Below, in pieces: positions 17,743 through 29,725 of a stretch of 64,000 nt of DNA. Position 1 is the first letter of the stretch. Every line of letters starts with the position of its first letter. The notes beneath the pieces were generated by a model, which was not told where the DNA came from, ran no database searches, and saw only the letters and a list, made by a program, of their open reading frames with translations. The position numbers and the translations under genes are program-made. This DNA is from an uncultured Enterobacteriaceae bacterium (lineage in GTDB: Bacteria; Pseudomonadota; Gammaproteobacteria; Eutrophobiales; Eutrophobiaceae), in assembly GCA_964479045.1 (NCBI GenBank), contig CAYZJI010000012.1:9321-73320 (forward strand), given 5' to 3'.

Positions 17743-18581
17743 ATCCCATGTTCGAATTTTTTACGGAAATTTTCAGCTATCGCTTTATGCAGCATGCATT
17801 GCTGGCCTGTTTGCTGGCGAGTATCGGCTGCGGGATCATGGGCACGTATGTGGTGGTCAAACGGATCGGTTTCATGGCGGGCGGTATTGCCCACTCGGTA
17901 CTCGCCGGAATGGGTATCGCTTATTTCCTGGGTTCATCACCATTATTCGGCGCCATGTTTGCGGCACTGGTTTCCGGCATCATGATCGGCTGGATCAATC
18001 TGCATTGGCGGGAACATGAGGATATCCTGATTGCTGCGTTCTGGTCAGTGGGCATGGCCATAGGTGTGATCTTTATTTCCCGCAGCGAGGGCTATAACAT
18101 CGATTTGATGAGTTATCTGTTTGGAAACATTCTGCTGGTATCACAGCAGGATTTATGGCTGATGTTATTACTGGATATAGTGATCGCATTGCTGGTAGCC
18201 ATGTTTTACCGGCAGTTTCTGGCGGCAGCGTTTGATGAGGAGTTTGCGCGCCTGCGTGGCGTGAATGTCGAGTTTTACTACATGCTGCTGTTGTGCATGG
18301 TGGCATTGACCGTGGTGCTGCTGATCCAGGTTGTGGGGCTGATTCTGGTGCTGGCCCTGCTGATATTGCCGGCTGCCAGTGCCGCGCAGTTTGTCAGTTC
18401 CATCGGCCGTATGATGTTGCTGGCAGTCGTTTTCTGTGCGCTGATCACAACGACCGGACTGATCCTGTCGTATGAGCCGGATCTGCCATCCGGATCCACC
18501 ATCATCCTGCTTGCCGGAATTTTTTATCTGTTCTCTATTCTCGGGCGCAGAGTCCTGAAGCGGATCTATAACGGCCGCTGA
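17739..18581 (+). CDS. znuB: Zinc ABC transporter permease
   Basis: GGIAHSVLAG, SYLFGNIL and FDEEFA motifs. Confidence 0.9.
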   Translation: MNPMFEFFTEIFSYRFMQHALLACLLASIGCGIMGTYVVVKRIGFMAGGIAHSVLAGMGIAYFLGSSPLFGAMFAALVSGIMIGWINLHWREHEDILIAAFWSVGMAIGVIFISRSEGYNIDLMSYLFGNILLVSQQDLWLMLLLDIVIALLVAMFYRQFLAAAFDEEFARLRGVNVEFYYMLLLCMVALTVVLLIQVVGLILVLALLILPAASAAQFVSSIGRMMLLAVVFCALITTTGLILSYEPDLPSGSTIILLAGIFYLFSILGRRVLKRIYNGR

Positions 18582-18585
18582 AAAG

Positions 18586-19644
18586 CTATTTTGCTGAGCG
18601 GCGTTTGGCGGAAGCCTGCGCCAGCCGATCAATCAACGGCACGGTATCTTCCCAGCCAATGCACGCATCGGTAATGCTTTGCCCGTAGACCAGCGGTTTG
18701 CCTTCAACCACATCCTGGCGTCCGGCCACCAAGTGGCTTTCGATCATGATGCCGAAAATACGCTTTTCACCGCCGGCGATTTGATCAGCAATAACCTTGC
18801 CGACTTCCATCTGGTTTTGCGGTACCTTGCGGCTGTTGGCATGACTGAAATCCACCATGATCCGTGGTGGCAGTTTGGCGGCTTCCAGTTCTTTGGCCGC
18901 CTGATCAATGCTCGCCGGATCATAGTTCGGTGATTTACCCCCACGCAGGATGATGTGACAATCCGGATTACCTTTTGTTGAAAAAATCGCCGAGTTGCCT
19001 TCCTTGCGCAGTGACAGGAAATGATGCGGACGCATGGCCGCGCCGATGGCATCCACCGCGACCTTGATGGTGCCGTCCGTGCCGTTCTTGAAACCGACGG
19101 GGCATGAGAGACCGGACGCGAGTTCACGATGTACCTGGCTTTCTGTTGTGCGTGCACCGATTGCGCCCCAGCTGATCAGATCAGCTACATACTGTGGCGT
19201 GATTAAATCCAGATATTCAGTTCCGGCAGGCACGCCCATGTCATTCAGATCACGCAACAGGGATCGCGCAATACGCAATCCCTTGTTGATCTGAAAGCTG
19301 TTGTCCAGATCCGGATCATTAATCAGACCCTTCCAGCCAACTGTGGTACGGGGCTTTTCAAAATACACACGCATTACAATCAGCAAATCCTTGCGGTATT
19401 TATCAATCAATGGTTTCAGGCGTGATGCATATTCCTTTGCCGCCTTGATGTCATGAATAGAGCATGGCCCGGTAATCACGAGCAGACGATCGTCCTTGCC
19501 TTCCAGGATCTCGTGTATGGCCTGACGGGTTTCGTACGTGGTTTTAGCAGCCGCTTCTGTCAGCGGAATTTCTTCGCAGATTTCTACAGGCGGCGTGACA
19601 GACTTGATGGATTCAATCCGAAGATCATCGGTTTTGTATTGCAT
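18586..19644 (-). CDS. 3-deoxy-7-phosphoheptulonate (DAHP) synthase, class I (AroF/G/H type)
   Basis: GPCSIHD, RVYFEKPRTTVGWKG and IGARTTESQVHRELASG; paralog identity unresolved. Confidence 0.95.
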   Translation of the reverse strand: MQYKTDDLRIESIKSVTPPVEICEEIPLTEAAAKTTYETRQAIHEILEGKDDRLLVITGPCSIHDIKAAKEYASRLKPLIDKYRKDLLIVMRVYFEKPRTTVGWKGLINDPDLDNSFQINKGLRIARSLLRDLNDMGVPAGTEYLDLITPQYVADLISWGAIGARTTESQVHRELASGLSCPVGFKNGTDGTIKVAVDAIGAAMRPHHFLSLRKEGNSAIFSTKGNPDCHIILRGGKSPNYDPASIDQAAKELEAAKLPPRIMVDFSHANSRKVPQNQMEVGKVIADQIAGGEKRIFGIMIESHLVAGRQDVVEGKPLVYGQSITDACIGWEDTVPLIDRLAQASAKRRSAK

Positions 19645-19698
19645 AAATTCCAGCGTTCTTTAATTAAATGAAATAATGAATGATACAACTGCCGGGTA

Positions 19699-20040
19699 TC
19701 AGCCCGGCGGCCAGGTAAAATGCCGGCCCGCAAGGATGTGCACATGTAAATGAAAAACAGTTTGTCCGGCTTCTTCACCATTATTGATGACCAGACGAAA
19801 TGCATCACCATAACCTTCGGCTTTGGCAATATGGCTGGCTGTGAGCAGTAAATGGCCCAGAAGATCCTTGTCGGATTCTGTTGCGTCAGCTGCTTTTGAA
19901 ATTGTCTTTTTCGGAATCACCAGTATATGCAGGGGTGCCTGCGGGTTGATGTCCTTGAATGCCAGACACTGATCGTCTTCATAGACGATATTCGCCGGAA
20001 TCTGCCGGGCGATGATCTTGCTGAAGATAGTGCCTGTCAT
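19699..20040 (-). CDS. HIT-family nucleotide hydrolase (HinT-like)
   Basis: QTVFHLHVHILAGR histidine triad. Confidence 0.93.
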   Translation of the reverse strand: MTGTIFSKIIARQIPANIVYEDDQCLAFKDINPQAPLHILVIPKKTISKAADATESDKDLLGHLLLTASHIAKAEGYGDAFRLVINNGEEAGQTVFHLHVHILAGRHFTWPPG

Positions 20041-20098
20041 GGTAATAAATAGGTTTAACGGGTCAGGCCGGATTATACATTAATAAGGAATGTTCTGA

Positions 20099-20287
20099 TC
20101 ATGACGGGCCTTGCAGACGGGCGTGCTCGGCCCTGATTTGAGCGACCTTGTCTTCCCATCGTTGTAATGCTTCTTCGTAGTACACATACACACAACGCTC
20201 GCAACCACGCCCGCAGCATTCGCCAGGCAACGGTTCTTGCGGCCGGGGCGGCAGTTCAGGTCCGGCAGTGTGTTCAGGTGCAGTCAT
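20099..20287 (-). CDS. Oxidoreductase-like N-terminal domain protein
   Basis: PPRPQEPLPGECCGRGCERCVYVYY motif. Confidence 0.8.
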   Translation of the reverse strand: MTAPEHTAGPELPPRPQEPLPGECCGRGCERCVYVYYEEALQRWEDKVAQIRAEHARLQGPS

Positions 20288-20390
20288 TGATTATTGTGGG
20301 TTCGCAAAAGAAGCCGCTTTTTATCACAAAACGGGATTTCTATCGAGTACCGGGCATACAGGATATTGATCCAGCTGAGGTTTCATAACC

Positions 20391-20421
20391 TTGACTCCGT
20401 ACCTCACTAGAGGTCTATACT
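20391..20421 (+). promoter_or_regulatory. MerR-family-type promoter (19-bp spacer) for leader ORF-cusCBA
   Basis: TTGACT-CCGTACCTCACTAGAGGTC-TATACT; long spacer with partial dyad. Confidence 0.75.
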
Positions 20422-20455
20422 TTACCTGTAGAGAGTGTAGAGACATTCAAAACAC

Positions 20456-20881
20456 ATGGGCATATTCAGAAAATTCATCTCCAGACAGACCTGGCTGCTG
20501 ATCATTCTGGCCGGCATTCTGCAGGTCCAGGCCGCGCAGGCGGTCGCCTGTGACTTGATGATGACCATGCCGGAAACGGCTGGAGAGAACTGCAACAAAC
20601 ATCTTGCCCAGGCACAGCAGGAAAATACCTCAGATAAAACCTGCTGTGATATGGATCATGATTACATGGCGGATTCCGGTGATTGCAATGACAGCAATCT
20701 TGCTGTCAATTCATATCTCTCAGGGAAACTCAATCCGGAAGTTGTGTATTCATTAATATCGTATGTATTGCATGATCAATTCATTGTTACTCAATCCGGC
20801 TTAATTTCTGCATCACCGGCCCGTCATTCAGTATACCCGGGCAACCACACTTACCTCACGACACAGCGCCTGCGGATCTAG
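20456..20881 (+). CDS. Cys/Met/His-rich leader protein upstream of cusCBA (CopL-like position)
   Basis: N-terminal hydrophobic segment, CDLMMTM, CCDMDHD, ends YPGNHTYLTTQRLRI. Confidence 0.65.
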   Translation: MGIFRKFISRQTWLLIILAGILQVQAAQAVACDLMMTMPETAGENCNKHLAQAQQENTSDKTCCDMDHDYMADSGDCNDSNLAVNSYLSGKLNPEVVYSLISYVLHDQFIVTQSGLISASPARHSVYPGNHTYLTTQRLRI

Positions 20882-20882
20882 A

Positions 20883-20942
20883 CGCCTGCTCCATCCGCTT
20901 CCGTATGTTACGGAAGCCATGCAGCGACGTTTTTATTTTTTT
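20883..20942 (+). terminator. Hairpin plus U-tract between leader ORF and cusC (possible attenuator)
   Basis: Core GCTTCCGTA-TGT-TACGGAAGC (20897-20917), extendable to about 20883-20926, then TTTTATTTTTTT. Confidence 0.5.
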
Positions 20943-20960
20943 ACCCGTCAGGAGTTGTTT

Positions 20961-22235
20961 ATGAACACCTTGTTTACTGGCTCTCACGCCAGAGCACATC
21001 CATTATGGCCGGCCGGCCACAGCATGATTTTGTTGGCGGCCATTACTCACGCTCAGGCTGCACCGCTGGGTTTTGCTGAAGCGTTAACGCTGGCTGAACA
21101 GAATGCGCCATCGCTGTCTGCACAACAGGCCGGCATAGAAGCCGCTGAATATTCAGCAGTGCCTGCGGGCGAATTGCCGGACCCAAAACTTTTTGCCGGG
21201 ATAGAAAATTATCCGGTGTCTGGTCCGGCCAGCGGCAGCCTGACTGAAGATTTCATGACCATGCAGAAAATCGGTTTGATGCAGGAGATTCCAAACGGCG
21301 ACAAACGGCGCGCCCGTGTCGATGCAGCAGCAGCGGAAATAGATCGCAGCCGGATCATGCAACAAGTGGAACGCCTGAGGGTGCGCCGGGAAACAGCATT
21401 GGCCTGGATAGAACGTTACATTGTCGATCGCAAACTTGGATTGTTCAGTGAACTTGAACATGAAAATAAATTACTTGCGGAAGCGGTGACTGCACAGCAG
21501 GTCGCCGGCGCGGGTTCGATTACAGATACCCTGCTGGCACGTGAAGAGGAAGCCATGCTGGCCGATGCGCGTGATGAACTGGTGCGGGACCAGTCTGCGG
21601 CAACGGCACGGTTGCGGCGCTGGACCGGTGTGGTCGTGGATGAACCCCTGGCCGGTGAGCCGCCGGCCTGGCCCATCTCCCGCGACATCCTTGAACACCG
21701 GTTGCATCAACATCCGGAACTGCTCGCCTATGTTCCCATGGCACAGAAAATTGATGCAGAAGTGCGGGAAGCGGTCGCCATGAAAAAACCGGACTGGGCG
21801 GTGGAGCTTGCCTATCAGCATCGTGATGATGAATTCGGTGATATGGTGTCCATGCAATTCACTGTTGACCTGCCGATATTTCCCGGCCGGCGGCAGGACC
21901 CGCAAATCGCAGCGCGGCGTGCCGAGCGGCTCAGGCTCGATGCTGAACGCGAAAATACCTGGCGTGAGCATCTGGAAATGCTTGAGTCAGAAATCGCTGA
22001 ATACGAACAACTGGATCGGGCCGTGCAACGGCAAAAAGACTTGTTGTTGCCACTGGCCCAGGAAAAAGTGGACTTGATTATGGCAGCCTATCAAGGTAAC
22101 CGGTCAGATCTGATGAGTGTGATTGAAGCACGGCGTAAATTGATAGAGGCCCGGTTGAAACTGATTGAGCTCGAAGGTTCGCGTACCGGAACGGCCGCCC
22201 GTCTGCATTATGCCTACGGGGAGGATCTGCCATGA
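20961..22235 (+). CDS. cusC: Outer-membrane factor of Cu/Ag efflux system (TolC family)
   Basis: LPDPKL, QKIGLMQEIP, MVSMQFTVDLP; RBS AGGAG before ATG 20961; operon context. Confidence 0.82.
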   Translation: MNTLFTGSHARAHPLWPAGHSMILLAAITHAQAAPLGFAEALTLAEQNAPSLSAQQAGIEAAEYSAVPAGELPDPKLFAGIENYPVSGPASGSLTEDFMTMQKIGLMQEIPNGDKRRARVDAAAAEIDRSRIMQQVERLRVRRETALAWIERYIVDRKLGLFSELEHENKLLAEAVTAQQVAGAGSITDTLLAREEEAMLADARDELVRDQSAATARLRRWTGVVVDEPLAGEPPAWPISRDILEHRLHQHPELLAYVPMAQKIDAEVREAVAMKKPDWAVELAYQHRDDEFGDMVSMQFTVDLPIFPGRRQDPQIAARRAERLRLDAERENTWREHLEMLESEIAEYEQLDRAVQRQKDLLLPLAQEKVDLIMAAYQGNRSDLMSVIEARRKLIEARLKLIELEGSRTGTAARLHYAYGEDLP

Positions 22236-23494
22236 GCACTAAAAATATTCAATCGAGCATGCTAATCATGCTGGCGCTGCTGGCCGGTGCAGCTATCGGT
22301 TATTTTTATGCTGATTATTTTCCTGAGGATGACAAAATAAAAGCGGAAAAACCCGGGGCCATGTCCGTCACTGAAAGGGAAAGAAAAGTGCTGTACTGGT
22401 ATGACCCGATGTTTCCGCAACAGCAATTTGATCAACCCGGTAAATCACCGTTCATGGATATGGAACTGGTGCCGAAATATGCAGATGAAGAGAACAGTAC
22501 GGCATCAGTCAGTATCGATCCGGGCCAGGCACAGAATATCGCCGTGCGTTATGCAACGGTGACACGCGGTTCATATGCGACAACCATTGATGCTATTGGA
22601 ACCTTTGCTTATAACGAACGGGATGTTGCTATCGTCCAGAGCCGGGCCGTTGGTTTTGTGGAGCAGGTTTATCCGCTTGCTCCGGGTGATGTAATTGAAA
22701 GCGGCGCGCCTCTGGCCGATATTCTGGTGCCGGAATGGACAGCTGCACAGATCGAATTTCTGGCGTTGCTGAAGACCGGGGAAACAACACTGATCGAAGC
22801 AACCCGCGAACGTCTGAAACTGCTAGGCATGTCGTCCTGGCTGATCAAACAGATTGAAGAGACCGGCAAAACCCGTCCGATCATTTCAGTGACGGCGCCG
22901 ATTGCCGGTGTGATTCGGGAGCTGGAGATTCGTACGGGCATGGCCGTCACCACTGGTCAGACATTTGCACGCATTAATGGAATTGAATCTGTGTGGCTGG
23001 ATGTGGCAGTACCAATGACGCAGGGTGCAACGATCAAAACCGGGGATAGTGCAGAAGCCAGAGTAGTCGCTTATCCCGGACAGGTTTTCTCCGGCAAGGT
23101 GATCGCAATATTACCTGAGCTCAACGTAGATACCCGTACGCTGAGAGTGCGGCTTGAGTTTGAAAATGAAGACAGTCGCTTCCGGCCCGGCATGTATGCG
23201 GAAGTGACGCTGCGCAATGCCGAAGAGCAGATGGCATTGCAGGTGGTCAGCGAGGCGGTGATACGCACCGGCCGTCATGCTCTGGTCATGCGTGTCGATG
23301 GTGACGGGCGTTACCAGCCGGTGGAAGTTGAAACGGGCCCCGAAGTTGAAGGAATGACCGTGATCCTGAGCGGACTGGAAGAAGGTCAGCAGGTTGTGGC
23401 CTCAGGACAATTCCTGTTTGATTCTGAAGCCAACCTCAGAGGAATCGTGCCGACCGTTCCGGAAAAAACGCATGTGCATGGAGGTGGCGAATGA
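22232..23494 (+). CDS. cusB: CusB-type membrane fusion protein
   Basis: [29 protein letters not shown] heavy-metal-binding motif; MFP core. Confidence 0.9.
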   Translation: MSTKNIQSSMLIMLALLAGAAIGYFYADYFPEDDKIKAEKPGAMSVTERERKVLYWYDPMFPQQQFDQPGKSPFMDMELVPKYADEENSTASVSIDPGQAQNIAVRYATVTRGSYATTIDAIGTFAYNERDVAIVQSRAVGFVEQVYPLAPGDVIESGAPLADILVPEWTAAQIEFLALLKTGETTLIEATRERLKLLGMSSWLIKQIEETGKTRPIISVTAPIAGVIRELEIRTGMAVTTGQTFARINGIESVWLDVAVPMTQGATIKTGDSAEARVVAYPGQVFSGKVIAILPELNVDTRTLRVRLEFENEDSRFRPGMYAEVTLRNAEEQMALQVVSEAVIRTGRHALVMRVDGDGRYQPVEVETGPEVEGMTVILSGLEEGQQVVASGQFLFDSEANLRGIVPTVPEKTHVHGGGE

Positions 23495-26400
23495 TCAAAC
23501 GCCTGATACGTTGGTCTATTGCAAACCGTTTTCTGGTGTTGCTCATCACCATTTTCATGACGGCGTGGGGCATCTGGTCAGTGAAGGCCACACCGATCGA
23601 TGCGCTGCCTGATCTCTCTGATGTACAGGTGATTATACGCACCACCTGGCCGGGGCAGGCCCCGCAGATCATCGAGAACCAGGTGACCTATCCACTCGCA
23701 ACGACGATGCTATCGGTGCCGGGCGCAAAGACGGTGCGTGGTTATTCCTATTTCGGTGATTCGTTTGTTTATGTTCTGTTTGAAGATGGCACGGATGTGT
23801 ACTGGGCCCGATCGCGGGTGCTGGAATACCTGAATCAGGTGCAAAGCCAGTTGCCCACTACTGCACGTTCATCATTAGGGCCTGATGCCACTGGCGTTGG
23901 CTGGATCTATCAATACGCTTTGATAGATCGCAGTGGTCAGCATGACTTGGCACAACTGCGAGCACTGCAGGACTGGTTCCTCCGCTTCGAACTGAAAAGT
24001 CTGCCGGATGTGGCCGAAGTGGCGACCATCGGCGGTATGGTCAAGCAATACCAAATCGTTCTGGATCCGATACGGCTGGCGGCGCAGGGCATCACACACC
24101 GTGAAGTGATCGAGGCCGTACGTGCTGCCAATAATGAAACCGGTGGCGCGGTTATGGAACTCGCCGAAGCAGAATTTATGGTGCGCGCTTCCGGTTATCT
24201 GAAAACCCTGGATGATTTTCGCAATATTCCACTGAAGGTGTCCATCTCAGGTGTCCCGGTGCGGCTCAGTGATGTGGCCCATGTGCAAATCGGGCCGGAG
24301 ATGCGGCGCGGTATTGCCGAACTCGATGGCGAAGGTGAATCGGTGGGGGGTGTAGTAGTGTTACGTAGTGGCAAGAATGCGCGCACAACTATCGAAGCCG
24401 TACGCAAGCGGCTGGAGGAATTGAAATCCAGTCTGCCGACGGGTGTCGAGATCATTCCGGTCTATGATCGTTCACAATTGATCGATCGGGCCGTAGATAA
24501 TCTCAAACAGAAACTCATTGAAGAGTTTATGGTGGTAGCGCTGGTCTGTGCAGTGTTTCTCTGGCACCTGCGATCTTCGCTGGTGGCGATTGTGTCTTTG
24601 CCGCTGGGTATCCTGCTGGCATTCATTATCATCAAGCAACAGGGCATCAATGCCAACATCATGTCACTGGGTGGTATTGCCATTGCCATTGGCGCGATGG
24701 TGGATGCCGCTGTGGTGATGATCGAAAACGCCCATAAAAAAATTGAACATTGGCAACAACTGAATCCGGAAAAAAAACTGGCGGGTGAAGAGCGATGGGA
24801 GGTGATTACCCGTTCGGCGCTGGAAGTCGGGCCGGCGCTGTTTTTTTCTTTATTAATAATTACGTTGTCATTCGTCCCGGTATTTACGCTGGAGGCGCAG
24901 GAGGGACGGTTGTTCGGACCACTGGCCTTTACCAAGACCTATGCCATGGCCGCAGCTGCAGGAATTTCAGTGACGCTGATTCCGGTGCTCATGGGCTATG
25001 CCATCCGTGGCCGGATTCCGGCCGAGACACAAAATCCGCTTAACCGCTTACTGATCCTGATTTACCGGCCCTTGCTGAATCTCGCTTTACGCTTTCCCAA
25101 GACGATCCTGCTGTTTGCGGTGCTGGTTTTTGCGACAGCCTGGTGGCCGCTGTCACATCTCGGTGGTGAGTTCATGCCACCCCTGGATGAGGGAGATCTG
25201 CTGTATATGCCTTCTGCTTTGCCTGGATTGTCTGCCGCCAAGGCCGGTGAATTACTGCAACAGACGGACCGCATGATCCACACCGTGCCTGAAGTGCAAA
25301 GAGTATTCGGCAAGGCGGGTCGGGCGGAAACTGCGACCGATCCGGCGCCGCTGGAAATGTTTGAAACCACCATACAATTCAAACCGAAATCGGAATGGCG
25401 GCCGGGTATGACTACAGAGAAACTGATTGAAGAACTGGATCAGGCTGTGCGTGTTCCCGGACTTGCGAATATCTGGATTCCTCCCATCCGTAATCGTATC
25501 GATATGCTGGCTACTGGAATCAAGAGCCCCATCGGCGTCAAGATTTCCGGCACACAGCTCAGGGATATTGATGAAGTGGCTATGCAGGTCGAACAGGTTG
25601 CAAAAACCATCCCGGGGGTATCGTCGGCACTGGCAGAACGCCTGACCGGGGGTCGTTATATCGACATCAACATCGACCGTATTGCAGCCGGGCGTTATGG
25701 TCTCAACATAGAAGATGTGCAGAGCGTGGTGGCCAGTGCCATAGGGGGCGAGAACATTGCTGAGACAGTAGAAGGGCTGGCACGCTTTCCCATTAATGTA
25801 CGCTACCCACGTGACTGGCGTGACTCTATCGAAGATCTCATCAATCTCCCGATTTATACCTCAATGGGTCAGCAGATCACGTTGGGGACGGTGGCGGAGA
25901 TCAGGATTACAGACGGCCCGCCCATGTTGAAAAGCGAAAATGCCAGACCTTCCGGCTGGGTATATGTGGATGTGCGCGGCCGCGATCTTGCTTCAGTGGT
26001 TAATGATTTACGTACGGCCATCTCACAGAATGTGAAATTGAAATCCGGCATGAGCGTGAGTTATTCAGGTCAATATGAATTTCTTGAGCGCGCGAATGCA
26101 CGGCTGAAGATGGTAGTGCCTGCCACATTGTTGATCATTTTTATCCTGCTTTATGTCACATTCCGGCGGTTTGATGAAGCTTTTCTGATTATGGCCACAT
26201 TGCCATTTGCACTGACTGGCGGGATCTGGTTCATTTATCTGCTGGATTTCAATCTCTCCATTGCCACCGGTGTCGGATTTATTGCACTGGCGGGGGTGGC
26301 CGCGGAATTCGGCGTGGTGATGCTGATGTATCTCAAACATGCCTGGCAGCAACGCTGCTCTGAAGGCAGGACTATGGACAGTGATTTACTTGAGGCCATA

Positions 26401-26613
26401 CGTGAGGGCGCCGTTTTGCGGGTGCGACCGAAAGCAATGACCGTCGCGGTGATCGTTGCAGGTCTCTTGCCCATCTTCTGGGGCAGTGGTACCGGCAGTG
26501 AAGTCATGACGCGGATTGCTGCCCCTATGGTTGGTGGCATGATTACCGCGCCACTGCTGTCATTGTTTGTGGTTCCGGCGGTGTACTACATGTTACGCAG
26601 ACGAATCAAGTAA
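23491..26613 (+). CDS. cusA: CusA/SilA heavy-metal RND pump (Cu+/Ag+)
   Basis: [23 protein letters not shown]; Met triad contexts LYMP, LEMFET and IDMLATG present. Confidence 0.95.
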   Translation: MIKRLIRWSIANRFLVLLITIFMTAWGIWSVKATPIDALPDLSDVQVIIRTTWPGQAPQIIENQVTYPLATTMLSVPGAKTVRGYSYFGDSFVYVLFEDGTDVYWARSRVLEYLNQVQSQLPTTARSSLGPDATGVGWIYQYALIDRSGQHDLAQLRALQDWFLRFELKSLPDVAEVATIGGMVKQYQIVLDPIRLAAQGITHREVIEAVRAANNETGGAVMELAEAEFMVRASGYLKTLDDFRNIPLKVSISGVPVRLSDVAHVQIGPEMRRGIAELDGEGESVGGVVVLRSGKNARTTIEAVRKRLEELKSSLPTGVEIIPVYDRSQLIDRAVDNLKQKLIEEFMVVALVCAVFLWHLRSSLVAIVSLPLGILLAFIIIKQQGINANIMSLGGIAIAIGAMVDAAVVMIENAHKKIEHWQQLNPEKKLAGEERWEVITRSALEVGPALFFSLLIITLSFVPVFTLEAQEGRLFGPLAFTKTYAMAAAAGISVTLIPVLMGYAIRGRIPAETQNPLNRLLILIYRPLLNLALRFPKTILLFAVLVFATAWWPLSHLGGEFMPPLDEGDLLYMPSALPGLSAAKAGELLQQTDRMIHTVPEVQRVFGKAGRAETATDPAPLEMFETTIQFKPKSEWRPGMTTEKLIEELDQAVRVPGLANIWIPPIRNRIDMLATGIKSPIGVKISGTQLRDIDEVAMQVEQVAKTIPGVSSALAERLTGGRYIDINIDRIAAGRYGLNIEDVQSVVASAIGGENIAETVEGLARFPINVRYPRDWRDSIEDLINLPIYTSMGQQITLGTVAEIRITDGPPMLKSENARPSGWVYVDVRGRDLASVVNDLRTAISQNVKLKSGMSVSYSGQYEFLERANARLKMVVPATLLIIFILLYVTFRRFDEAFLIMATLPFALTGGIWFIYLLDFNLSIATGVGFIALAGVAAEFGVVMLMYLKHAWQQRCSEGRTMDSDLLEAIREGAVLRVRPKAMTVAVIVAGLLPIFWGSGTGSEVMTRIAAPMVGGMITAPLLSLFVVPAVYYMLRRRIK

Positions 26614-29600
26614 ACGGATGTTTGTCTTTGTAGACAATACGATATAACGCGGGCAGGACAAACAGTGTGAGCAAGGTGGATGAAATAATGCCGCCGATCA
26701 CAACCGTTGCCAGCGGGCGTTGCACTTCGCTGCCGACACCGGTATTGAAGGCCATCGGCAAAAATCCCAGCGAAGCCACCAACGCGATCATCAGAATAGG
26801 CCGTAGACGCAACAGTGCGCCTTTTATAAGGGCTGCCTCAATACCAATTTCTTCATTGTCAAGAATATCGCGGAAAGCCGACACCATCACCACGCCTGTA
26901 AGTACCGCAACGCCGGATAGAGTAATGAAGCCAATGCCAGCAGAGATCGATAAAGGAATATCCCGCAGCCAGAGCGCCGCGATGCCGCCAGTCAGCGCCA
27001 GTGGAACTCCACTGAATACGAGCAAGGCATCTTTCGCTGATCCGAACGTCATCAGTAATAACCCGAAGATCATCAATAACGTTAACGGCACCAGCAATTC
27101 CAGACGTGCGGCAGCAGATTCCAGTTGTTCAAAAGTGCCGCCATAATCAAGCCAGTATCCCGGCGGAAGTTTGACGTTTTGCGCGATGGCTTGCTGCACT
27201 TCCGCGACAAAGCTGCCCAGATCACGATTCCGCACATTCGCAGATACCACTACACGCCGTTTGCCATTTTCGCGGTTAACCTGATTGAGACCCGGCGCAA
27301 CCGTCAGGTTTGAGACATCTGAGAGAAGTATATAACCGCCATCCGGCAAAGGAACAGGCAAGCGCTCAATGTTTCCGATGTCTGTGCGCATCTGTTCCGG
27401 CAGGCGCACGACGAGGCTGAAACGTTGATCGCCTTCAAATATTTGCCCTGTTTCCCTGCCGCCCAATGCTATTTCAATGACCTCCTGTACATCTGCAACA
27501 TTAAGCCCGTAACGGGAAAGTGTATTACGATCCGGAGTAATGCTGAGCATGGGCAGGCCACTGACCTGTTCAACCTTGACTCCGGATGCCCCTGCTACGG
27601 GTTGCATTACTGCCGCAACACGATTGCCGATTTTCAGGAGCGTGTCGAGATCATCACCAAAAATCTTGACGGCAAAATCGGAACGCACACCTGAGATTAA
27701 TTCGTTGAAGCGCAACTGGATGGGTTGTGAAATTTCAAAGTTATTGCCCGGTACATTACGCACGGCGGTTTCGATTTCATCCAGTAATTGTGCCTTGGTT
27801 TTTGAGGGATCAGGCCATTCCGCATGCGGTTTAATCATTACATAACCATCCGAGACATTCGGCGGCATGGGATCTGTTGCTACCTCGGCAGTACCCGTGC
27901 GCGCGAATGCGGTGTGGACTTCCGGCAATTTCAGCAGTGCCCGCTCAATTGCTGCCTGCATTTCCAGTGATTGATCCATGCCGGTGCCGGGAATCCGGAT
28001 GGCCTGAACGGCAACATCGCCTTCATCCAGTTTGGGAACAAACTCGCTGCCCATATGCGATGCCAGCCAGAGTGAGCCGATAACCAGCAGAGTGGCTGCA
28101 CTTACGGTAAGCCAGCGCATCTTCAAGGCAAATTTCAGCATTGGGGTGTAAATCCATTTTGAAAATTCGATCAACCGGTTTTCTTTTTCACTTATCTTGC
28201 CGCGCAAGGTCAGCGCGACAGCAGCAGGAATAAAGGTCAGCGAGAAGATCAGTGCGCCGATTAACGCTACGACCACAGTGAAAGCCATCGGCCAGAACAT
28301 TTTTCCTTCCACCCCGGTGAGGGCAAAGATAGGAAGATTGACCAGCACTACCACAATCACACTGACTAGGCTGGGTTTGAATACTTCACGGGTGGCAATA
28401 TAAACCGTATGGAAACGTTCTTCGGCCGTCAGTACACGGCCTAGATGATGTTGTTTCTGCGCCAGCCGCAGGATGCAGTTTTCCACGATAATTACCGCGC
28501 CGTCCACGATCAAACCAAAATCCAGTGCTCCCAGACTCATGAGATTGGCGCTTACACGGTTTTCCACCATGCCGGTGATCAGGAACAGCATGGATAACGG
28601 GATCACTGCCGCTGTGACCAGTGCGGCGCGCAGGTTGCCCAGCAGAGCAAGCAATACCGCCACAACCAGCACAGCGCCTTCCAGAAGATTTTTCTGCACT
28701 GTGGCAATGGTTTTATCGACCAGTACGGTCCGGTCATACACTGCTTCGGCTTTCACGCCCGGCGGCAAGGTAGTGGAAACTTCTTTGAGTTTCTCAGCCA
28801 CCCGCTGGGACACCGTGCGGCTGTTTTCACCCACCAGCATCACGGCAGTACCTAGCACAGTCTCTTCACCATCGCGTGTGGCTGCGCCAGTGCGTAATTC
28901 TTTACCGATAGCAACTTCAGCTACATCGTGTACGCGAAGGGGTACACCATCCCGATTCGCAACAATCACAGACTCAATATCGGGAATACCGGCTAACTGA
29001 CCAGGAGCGCGAATCAGGTATTGCTCACCGCTTTTTTCAATATAACCGGCCCCGACATTGGCATTATTACGCTCCAACGCATCAATAACGTCATTAAAGG
29101 ACAAACCCAGAGCGATCAGTTTTGCTGGGTCGGGTGTTACATGATATTGCTTGGCATATCCGCCAATGCTGTTAACCTCGGTGACGCCCGGCACCTGCCG
29201 CAACTGCGGCCGGATGATCCAGTCCTGCACGGTGCGCAGGGCCGTGGCGTCATAAGCGCGGCCATCCGGTTGTTTGGCACCGGGTTCGGCAGTCACTGTG
29301 TAAAGAAATATTTCACCCAGTCCAGTGGCGATCGGCCCCATGCTGGGTTCGATACCGGGTGGCAACAGGCTTTTCACTTCCTGTATCCGTTCATTCACCA
29401 ACTGCCGTGTGAAATAAACATCTGTGCCATCCTCAAATACCACCGTGACTTGTGACAGACCGTATCGTGAGAGTGAACGGGTGTATTCCAGATTTGGCAG
29501 ACCGGCCATGGCTGTTTCAACGGCATAGGTGATCCGTTGTTCAGTTTCCAGTGGCGAATAACCCGGTGCTTCAGTATTGATTTGCACCTGTACATTGGTA

Positions 29601-29725
29601 ATGTCTGGCACTGCATCAATCGGAAGCCGCTGATAATTGTATACTCCAAGTCCTGCAACCAGAGTGGTCAGAAACAGGATTACCCAGCAGCGTTCAATGG
29701 AGAAACGGATAATGGCATCAATCAT
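26606..29725 (-). CDS. czcA: CzcA heavy-metal RND pump (divalent cations)
   Basis: [25 protein letters not shown] and [15 protein letters not shown] motifs. Confidence 0.95.
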   Translation of the reverse strand: MIDAIIRFSIERCWVILFLTTLVAGLGVYNYQRLPIDAVPDITNVQVQINTEAPGYSPLETEQRITYAVETAMAGLPNLEYTRSLSRYGLSQVTVVFEDGTDVYFTRQLVNERIQEVKSLLPPGIEPSMGPIATGLGEIFLYTVTAEPGAKQPDGRAYDATALRTVQDWIIRPQLRQVPGVTEVNSIGGYAKQYHVTPDPAKLIALGLSFNDVIDALERNNANVGAGYIEKSGEQYLIRAPGQLAGIPDIESVIVANRDGVPLRVHDVAEVAIGKELRTGAATRDGEETVLGTAVMLVGENSRTVSQRVAEKLKEVSTTLPPGVKAEAVYDRTVLVDKTIATVQKNLLEGAVLVVAVLLALLGNLRAALVTAAVIPLSMLFLITGMVENRVSANLMSLGALDFGLIVDGAVIIVENCILRLAQKQHHLGRVLTAEERFHTVYIATREVFKPSLVSVIVVVLVNLPIFALTGVEGKMFWPMAFTVVVALIGALIFSLTFIPAAVALTLRGKISEKENRLIEFSKWIYTPMLKFALKMRWLTVSAATLLVIGSLWLASHMGSEFVPKLDEGDVAVQAIRIPGTGMDQSLEMQAAIERALLKLPEVHTAFARTGTAEVATDPMPPNVSDGYVMIKPHAEWPDPSKTKAQLLDEIETAVRNVPGNNFEISQPIQLRFNELISGVRSDFAVKIFGDDLDTLLKIGNRVAAVMQPVAGASGVKVEQVSGLPMLSITPDRNTLSRYGLNVADVQEVIEIALGGRETGQIFEGDQRFSLVVRLPEQMRTDIGNIERLPVPLPDGGYILLSDVSNLTVAPGLNQVNRENGKRRVVVSANVRNRDLGSFVAEVQQAIAQNVKLPPGYWLDYGGTFEQLESAAARLELLVPLTLLMIFGLLLMTFGSAKDALLVFSGVPLALTGGIAALWLRDIPLSISAGIGFITLSGVAVLTGVVMVSAFRDILDNEEIGIEAALIKGALLRLRPILMIALVASLGFLPMAFNTGVGSEVQRPLATVVIGGIISSTLLTLFVLPALYRIVYKDKHPFT

